DNA of 64,000 nucleotides from the human T2T-CHM13v2.0 reference genome, Homo sapiens. The position numbers and the translations under genes were made by a program. Numbering within the stretch: the stretch's first letter is position 1; each line of letters opens with the position of its first letter. Positions 53,904-64,000 of the stretch are shown here, in pieces. The notes under the pieces are model-generated. The model did not search any database. It had not been told where the DNA came from and worked only from the letters and a program-made list of their open reading frames with translations. The stretch is taken from the NCBI RefSeq assembly GCF_009914755.1, contig NC_060925.1; one strand, written 5' to 3'.

Positions 53904-54635
53904 GAGTAGTCCCTTCTGAATTGCAGAGGATACATTCCAAGACTTCTGGTGGATGCCCAAAACCACAAATAGTGCTGAACCTGATTGCTGCCAATTGGAG
54001 CCCCTTTCTGTTCATGTCCTCCACCCACAAATTTGATGGCTTTTTAAGATCTTAACTAAGCACTTACCACACACTCTGATCATAACCTTTGCAATTTGAG
54101 GTGTGATGGTAAAATTTGTACAATTCCCTTTTCCCCATCACAATTTTATGGAAAGAAGATTCCTTTTTACTGTAGAACATAGCAACATCAGCATATTTTG
54201 TTTCTTTCCTTATTAAGTCAAAAACTTAACACCTTTTCATTTAAAGGAAGCACTTAATGGCTTCTCTTTGGCATATTTGAATTACAAGCATCACTACTTC
54301 TGTGCTTTGGGGCTGTTATTAAGTAAAATAAGGGTTACTTGAACACAAGCACTGGAGACCAGGACAGCTGATCTGATAACTGAGCCAGCTACTAAGTGAC
54401 TAAGGGTTGGGTAGCATATACAGTGGAGATATGATAATTAAGGGGTGATTTGCATCCTTGTCCAGATGAAGTAGGCTGGCCTGAAATTTCATCATACTAC
54501 TTAGAATGGTGCACAATTGAAAACTTATAGATTATTTATTTCTGGAATTGCCCATTTAATATTTTCAGACTGCCATTGACCATGGGTAACTAAAACTGTG
54601 GAAAACAAAACCATGAATTAAGGAGGGGTCTACTG
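53904..54635. mobile_element. MER44/Tigger7-type DNA transposon
   Basis: TIRs AGTAGTCCC... / ...GGGGTCTACTG followed by TA; ~730 bp; adjoins an L1M 3' fragment. Confidence 0.7.
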
Positions 54636-54861
54636 TATATTATAAATAAAAAAATATTTTGACCTTGCTACCAGTATCCATGTTAAATTAACTTATTACA
54701 TTTAATATTTTATCTATAGATCCTTTTGGATTTTCTAATGATATCTCTAAATATGAAAGTTTCATTAGATTTTTTTCAATTGTTATACCTTTTATTATAT
54801 TTTTTGCCCATTTTCCCTGGCCTATGACCTCCAGTAAAATGATAAATAGAATTATTGATAG

Positions 54862-55160
<299 letters not shown>

Positions 55161-55183
55161 AGATAAGATTTTTTAAGAGGTTA

Positions 55184-58100
55184 GGTGGTTCCAAGATGGC
55201 TGAAGAGGAACAGCTCCAGTCTATAGCTCCCAGCGTGAGTGACGCAGAAGAGGGTGATTTCTGCGTTTCCAACTGTGGTACCCGGTTCATCTCACTGGGG
55301 CTTGTCAGACAGTGGGTGCAGGACAGTGGGTGTAGCCCACCAAGCATGAGACGAAACAGGGTGAGGCATCACCTCACCAGGGAAGTGCAAGGGGTCAGGG
55401 AATTCCCTTTTCAAGCCAAGGGAAGCTGTGACAGATGGCACCTGGAAAATCGGGTCACTCCCGCCCTAATACTGAGCTTTTCCAATACTTAGCAAACGGC
55501 ACACCAGGAGATTACATCCTGCGCCTGGCTCAGAGGGTCCCATGCCCATGGAGCCTCACTCATTGCTAGCACAGCAGTCTGAGATCGAACTGCAAGGCTG
55601 AAGCAAGGATGGGGGAGAGGCACCTGCCATTGCTGAGGCTTGGGTAGGTAAACAAAGTGGCCAGGAAGCTCGAACTGGGTGTGGCCCACCGCAGCTCAAG
55701 GAGGCCTGCCTGCCTCTAGAGACTCCACCTCTGGGGGCGGGGCATAGCTGAACAAAAGGCAGCAGAAACCTCTGCAGACTTAAATGTCCCTGTCTGACAG
55801 CTTTGAAGAGAGTAGTGGTTCTCCCAGCACGGAGTTTGAGATCTGAGAATGGTCAGACTGCCTCCTCAAGTGGGTCTCTGACCCCCGAGTAGCCTAACTG
55901 GGAGGCACCCCCCAGCAGGGGCAGACTGACACCTCACACGGCTGGGTATTCCTCTGAGATGAAGCTTCCAGAGGAACGATCAGGCAGCAACATTTGCTGT
56001 TCAGCAATATCTGCTGTTCTCCAGCCTCTGCTGCTGATATCCAGGCAAACAGGGTCTGGAGTGGACCTCCAGCAAACTCCAATCAACCTGCAGCTGAGGG
56101 TCCTGACTGTTAGAATGAAAACTAACAAAAGAAAGGACATCCACATAAAAGCCCCATCTGTACATCACCATCATCAAAGATCAAAGGTAGATAAAACCAC
56201 AAAGATGGGGAAAAAACAGAGCAGAAAAACTGGAAACTCTAAAATTCAGAGCACCTCTCTCCCTCCAAAGGAACACAGCTCCTCAACAGCAATGGAACAA
56301 AGCTGGACAGAGAATGACTTTGACAAGTTGAGAGAAGAAGGCTTCAGATGATCAAACTTCTCAGAGCTAAAGGAGGAAGTTGGAACCCATCACAAAGAAG
56401 CTAAAATCCTTGAAAAAAGATTAGATGAATGGCTAACTAGAATAACCAGTTTAGAGAAGCCCTTAAATGACCTGATGGAGCTGAAAACCATGGCACGAGA
56501 ACTACATGACGAATGCACAAGCTTCAGTAGCTGATTTGATCAACTGGAAGAAAGGATATCAGTGATGGAAGATCCAATGAATGAAACAAAGCAAGAAGAG
56601 AAATTTAGAGAAAAAAGAATAAAAAGAAATGAATGAAGCCTCCAAGAAATATGGGATGATGTGAAAAGACCAAATCTATGTCTAACTGGTGTACCTGAAA
56701 GTGATGGGGACAGTGGAACCAAGTTGGAAAACAATCTGCAAGATATTATCCAGGAGAACTTCCCCAACCTAGCAAGGCAGGCCAACATTCACATTCAGGA
56801 AATACAGATAATGCCACAAAGATACTCCTTGAGAAGAGCAACCCCAAGACACATAATTTTCAGATTCACCAAAGTTGAAATGAAGGAAAAAATGTTAAGG
56901 GCAGCCAGAGAGAAAGGTCAGGTTACCCACAAAGGGAAGCCCATCAGACTAACAGCTGATCTGTTGGCAGAAACTCTGCAAGCCAGAAGAGAGTGGGGGC
57001 CAATATTCAACATTCTTAAAGAAAATAATTTTCAACCCAGAATTTCATATCCAGCCAAACTAAGGTTCATAAGTGAAGGAGAAATAAAATCCTTTATAGA
57101 CAAGCAAATGCTGAGAGATTTTGTCACCACCAGGCCTGCCCTACATGAGCTCCTGAAGGAAGCACTAAACATGGAAAGGAACAACTGGTACCAGCCACGC
57201 AAAAACATGCCAAATTGTAAAGACCATCGATGCTAGGAAGAAACTGCATCAACTAACGAGTAAAATAACCAGCTAACATCATAATGACAGGATCAAATTC
57301 ACACATAACAATATTAACCTTAAATGTAAATGGGCTAAATGCTCCAATTAAAAGACACAGACTGGAAATTGGATAAAGAGTCAAGACCCATCAGTGTGCT
57401 GTATTCAGGAGACCCATCTCACATACAGAGACACACATGGGCTCAAAATAAAGGGATGGGGGAAGATCTACCAAGCAAATGGAAAACAAAAAAAAGGCAG
57501 GGGTTGCAATCCTAGTCTCGGATAAAACAGACTTTAAGCCAAGAAAGATCAAAAGAGACAAAGAAGGCCATTACATAATGGTAAAGGGGTCAATTTAACA
57601 AGAACAGCTAATTATCCTAAATATATATGCACCCAATACAGGAGCACCCAGATTCATAAAGCAAGTCCTTAGAGACCTACAAAGAGACTTAGACTCCCAC
57701 ACAATAATAATGGGAGACTTTAACACCCCACTGTAGACATTAGACAGATTAACAAGAGAGAAAGTTAACAAAGATATCCAGGAATTGAACTCAGCTCTGC
57801 ACCAAGTGGACCTAATCGGCATCTACAGAACTATCTGCCCCAAACCAACAGAATATACATTCTTCTCAGCACCACATCACACTTATTCCAAAATTGACCA
57901 CATAGTTGGAAGTAAAGGTCTCCTCAGCAAATGTAAAAGAACAGAAATTGTTACAAACTGTCTCTCAGATCACAGTGCAATCAAACTAGAACTCAGTGTT
58001 AAGAAACTCACTCAAAACCACTCAACTACATGGAAATTGAACAACTGGCTCCTGAGTGACTACTGGGTACCTAATGAAATGAAGGCAGAAATAAAGATGT

Positions 58101-61100
58101 TCTTTGAAACCAATGAGAACAAACACACAACATACCAGAATCTCTGGGAAACATTTAAAGCAGCCTGTAGAGGGAAATTTATAGCACTAAATGCCCACAA
58201 GAGAAAGCAAGAAAGATCTAAAATTGACATCCTAATTTCACAATTAAAAGAACTAGAGAAGCAAGAGCAAACACATTCAAAAGCTAGCAGAAGGCAAGAA
58301 ATAACTAAGATCGGAGCAGAACTGAAGGAGATGGAGACACAAAAAAACCTTCAAAAAATCAATGAATCCAGGAGCTTGTTTTTGGAAAAGATCAACAAAA
58401 TTGATAGAACGCTAGCAAGACTAATAAAGAGGAAAATAGAGAAGAATCAAATAGATGCAATAAAAAATGAAAAAGGGGATATCACCACCAATCCCACAGA
58501 AATATAAACTGCCATCAGAGAATACTATAAACACCTCTACGCAAATAAACTAGAAAATCTAGAAGAAATGGATAAATTCCTGGACACATACAACCTCCCA
58601 AGACTAAATCAGGAAGAAGTTGAATCTCTGAACCTACCAATAACAGGCTCTGAAATTGAGGCAATAATTAATAGCTTACTGACCAAAGAAAGTCCAGGAC
58701 CTGACGGATTCACAGCCGAGTTGTACCAGAGGTACAAAGCGGAGCTGCTACCATTCCTTCTGAAACTATTCCAATCAATAGAAAAAGAGGGAATCCTCTC
58801 TAACTCATTTTATGAGGCCAGCATCATCCAGATACCAAAACCTGGCAGAGACACAACCAAAAAAGAGAATTTTAGACCAATACCTTTGATGAACATCGAT
58901 GCAAAAATCCTCAATAAAATACTGGCAAACCAAATCCAGCAGCACACCAAAAAGTTTATCCACCACGATCAAGTGGGCTTCTTCCCCGGGGTGCAAGGCT
59001 GGTTCAACATATGCAAATTAATAATTGTAATCCAGCATATAAACAGAACTAAAGAAAAAAACCACATGATTATCTCAATAGATGCAGAAAAGGCCTTTGA
59101 CAAAATTCAACAGCCCTTCATGCTAAAAACTCTCAATAAACTAGGTATTTATGGGATGTATCTCAAAATAATAAAAGCTATTTATGACAAACCCACAGCC
59201 AACATCATATTGAATGGGCAAAAATTGGAAGCATTCCCTTTGAAAACTGTCACAAGACAGGGATGCCCTCTTTCACCACTCCTATTCAACATAGTATTGG
59301 AAGTTCTGGCCAGGGCAATCAGGCAGGAGAAAGAAACAAAGGGTATTCCATTAGGAAAAGAGGAAGTCAAATTGTTCCTGTTTGCAGATGACATGATCGT
59401 ATATTTAGAAAACCCCATCTTCTCAGCCCAAAATATCCTTAAGCTGATAAGGACATTCAGCAAAGTCTCAGGATACAAAATCAATGTGCAAAAATCACAA
59501 GCATTCCTATACACCAATAACAGACAAACAGAGAGTCAATTCATGAGTGAACTCCCATTCACAATTGCTTCAAAGAGAATAAAATACCTAGGAATTCAAC
59601 TTACAAAGGATGTGAAGGACCTCTTCAAGAAGAACTTCAAAACACTGCTCAATGAAATAAAAGAGGACACAAACAAATGGAAGAACATTTCATGCTCATG
59701 GGTAGGAAGAATCAATATCATGAAAATGGCCATACTGCCCAAGGTAATTTATAGATTCAATGCCATCCTCATCAAACTACGAGTGACTTTCTTCACAGAA
59801 TTGGAAAGAACTACTTTAAAGTTCATATGGAACTAAAGAAGAGCCCGCATTGCCAAGACAATCCTAAGCCAATAGAAAAAAGCTGGAGGCATCATGCTAC
59901 CTTACTTCAAAGTATGCTACAAGGCTACAATAACCAAAACAGCATGGTACTGGCACCAAAACAAAGACATAGACCAATGGAACAGAACAGAGCCCTCAGA
60001 AATAATACCACACATCTACAACCATCTGACCTTTGACAAAGCTGACAAAAACAAGAAATGGGGAAAGGATTCTCTATTTAATAAATGGCTCTGGGAAAAC
60101 TGTCTAGCCATATGTAGAAAGCTGAAACTGGATCCCTTCCTTACACCTTATACAAAAATCAATTCAAGATGGACTAAAGACTTACATGTTAGACCTAAAA
60201 CCATAAAAACCCTAGAAGAAAACCTAGGCAATACCATTCAGGACATAGGCATGGGCAAGGACTTCATGTCTAAAACACCAAAAGCAATGGCAACAAAAGC
60301 CAAAATTGACAAATGGGATCTAATTAAACTAAAGAGCTTCTGCACAGCAAAAGAAACTACCATCAGAGTGAACAGGCAACCTACAGAATGGGAGAAAATT
60401 TTTGCAATCTACTCATCTGACAAAGGGCTAATATCCAGAATCGACAATGAACTCAAACAAATTTACAAGAAAAAAACAAACAACCCCATCAAAAAGTGGG
60501 CGAAGGATATGAACAGACACTTCTCAAAAGAAGATCTTTATGTAGCCAACAGACACATGAAAAAATGCTCATCATCATTGGCCATCAGAGAAATGCAAAT
60601 CAAAACCACAAAGAGATACCATCTCACACCAGTTAGAATGGCAATCATCAAAATGTCAAGAAAGTACAGGTGCTGCAGAGGATGTGGAGAAATAGGAATA
60701 CTTTTACATGGTTGGTGGGACCATAAACTAGTTCAACCATTGTGGAAGTCAGTGTGGCGATTCCTCAAGGATCTAGAACTAGAAATACCATTTCACCAAG
60801 CCATCCCATTACTTGCTATATACCCAAAGGATTATAAATCGTGCTGCTATAAAGACACATGCACACATATGTTTATTGTGGCACTATTCACAATAGCAAA
60901 GACTTGGAACCAACCCAAATGTCCATCAGTGATAGACTGGATTAAGAAAACGTGGCACATATACACCATGGAATACTATGCAGCCATAAAAAATGATGAG
61001 TTCATGTCCTTTGTAGAGATATGGATGAAACTGAAAATCATCATTCCCAGCAAACTATCGGAAAGACAAAAAACCAAAGACCGCATGTTCTCACTCATAG

Positions 61101-61405
61101 GTGGGAATTGAACAATGAGAACACATGGACACAGTAAGGGGAACATCACACACCGGGGGCCTGTCGTGGGGTGGGGGAAGGGGGGAGGGATAGCATTAGG
61201 AGATATACCTAATGTTAAATGACGAGTTAATGGATGCAGCACACTAACATGGCACATGAAAACCTATGTAACAAGCCTGCATATTGTACATGTGTACCCT
61301 AGAACTTAATGTATAATAATAAAAAAAAAGAAAATGAAGATGAGGAGGAAAAAAATTAAAAAAAAAAAGATTCCTTTGGATTTTCCAAGTATACAATCAA
61401 AAAAA
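55184..61405 (+). mobile_element. Full-length L1PA (L1PA5/6-like) with disrupted ORFs and an extra 3' segment
   Basis: 5' CCAAGATGGCTGAA; ORF1/ORF2 fragments include 422-aa RT and 405-aa C-terminal pieces; TSD TTTAAGAGGTTA at 55172-55183 and 61406-61417. Confidence 0.95.
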
Positions 61406-61492
61406 TTTAAGAGGTTAACAAGTGTCTTATTTTCTGGGAGTGTTTTGTGTAAACTTTTCTTACCAGATTAAGAATATTCTCTTCTAAATTAG

Positions 61493-63212
<1,720 letters not shown>

Positions 63213-64000
63213 TTTTTTTTTAACACTTTTATCTTAAGTTTAGGGGTACTTGCACAGGCTTGTTACATAGATAAACTTCTGTCATGAAGGTTTGTGGTAC
63301 AGATTATTTAATCACCCAGGTATTCAGCTTAGTACCCACTAGTTTTTTTTCCTGATCCTCTCCCTCCTCCTACCCTGTAACCTCCAATAGGCCCCAGTGT
63401 GTGTTGTTCCCCTCTATGTGTCCATGTATTCTCATCATTTTGCTCCCACTTATGAGAACATGTGGTATTTTGATTTCTGTTCCTGTGTAGTTTGCTAAGG
63501 ATAATGGCCTTTATTTAGCTCCATCCATGTCCTATAAAGGGCATTATCTCATTCCTTTTTGTGGCTGCATAGTATTCCATGGTGTATATGTACCACGTTT
63601 TCTTTATCCAGTCTATCATTAATGGACATTTAGGTTGACTCCATGTCTTCACTATTGTGAATAATGCTGCAATAAACATTCACGTGCATGTGTCTTTATA
63701 ATAGAACAATTTATATTTCCCTGGGTATATACCCAGTAATGGGATTGTTGGGTTGAGTGGTATTTCTGTTTTTAGCTCTTTGAGGAATTGCCCCACTTTC
63801 TTCCACAATGGTTGAACTAATTTATACTCCCACCAACAGTGTATAAGTGTTCCTTTTTCTCCACTACTTCACCAGCATCTGTTATTTTTGGACTTTTTAA
63901 TAATAGCCATTCTGACTGATGTGAGATGGTATCTCATTGTGGTTTTGATTTGCATTTCTCTAATGATAAGTGATGTTGAGCTTTCTCTTATATGATTGTT
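63213..64000 (-). mobile_element. 3' end of a further L1PA running past the window edge
   Basis: T tail followed by L1PA 3'UTR and ORF2 C-terminus on the minus strand. Confidence 0.85.

Overview
Primate, almost certainly human, genomic DNA from the CD1 lipid-antigen-presentation gene cluster. It holds two complete six-exon genes arranged tail-to-tail. CD1C is on + (CDS 9162-12573) and CD1B is on - (CDS 50516-47329). Both splice through GT-AG introns to 1002-nt CDSs (333 aa) ending in YxxI sorting motifs. Most of the rest is transposon-derived. Three full-length but disabled L1PA elements with intact target-site duplications (TSDs) lie at 23052-29085 (+), 33734-39781 (-) and 55184-61405 (+); the first two are nested in older L1s. 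There are also two internally deleted L1s, 12 Alus, MaLR/ERV LTRs and Tigger-type DNA transposons. The most notable structures are: (1) a 706-bp head-to-tail duplication of the CD1C promoter and leader exon, whose second copy has a nonsense codon and ends in an ATG that opens a hydrophobic peptide in frame with exon 2; (2) L1 5'UTRs on either side of the ZNF93-escape deletion, with ORF0 open only in the youngest; (3) an L1 antisense promoter aimed at CD1B; (4) a probable L1 3' transduction; (5) a well-formed orphan antisense exon downstream of CD1C; (6) a PU.1/IRF motif cluster upstream of CD1C; (7) an LTR12 CCAAT array behind CD1B. No wholly new gene system can be demonstrated from sequence alone; the regulatory ideas are hypotheses. 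Repeat subfamily calls were made by eye.
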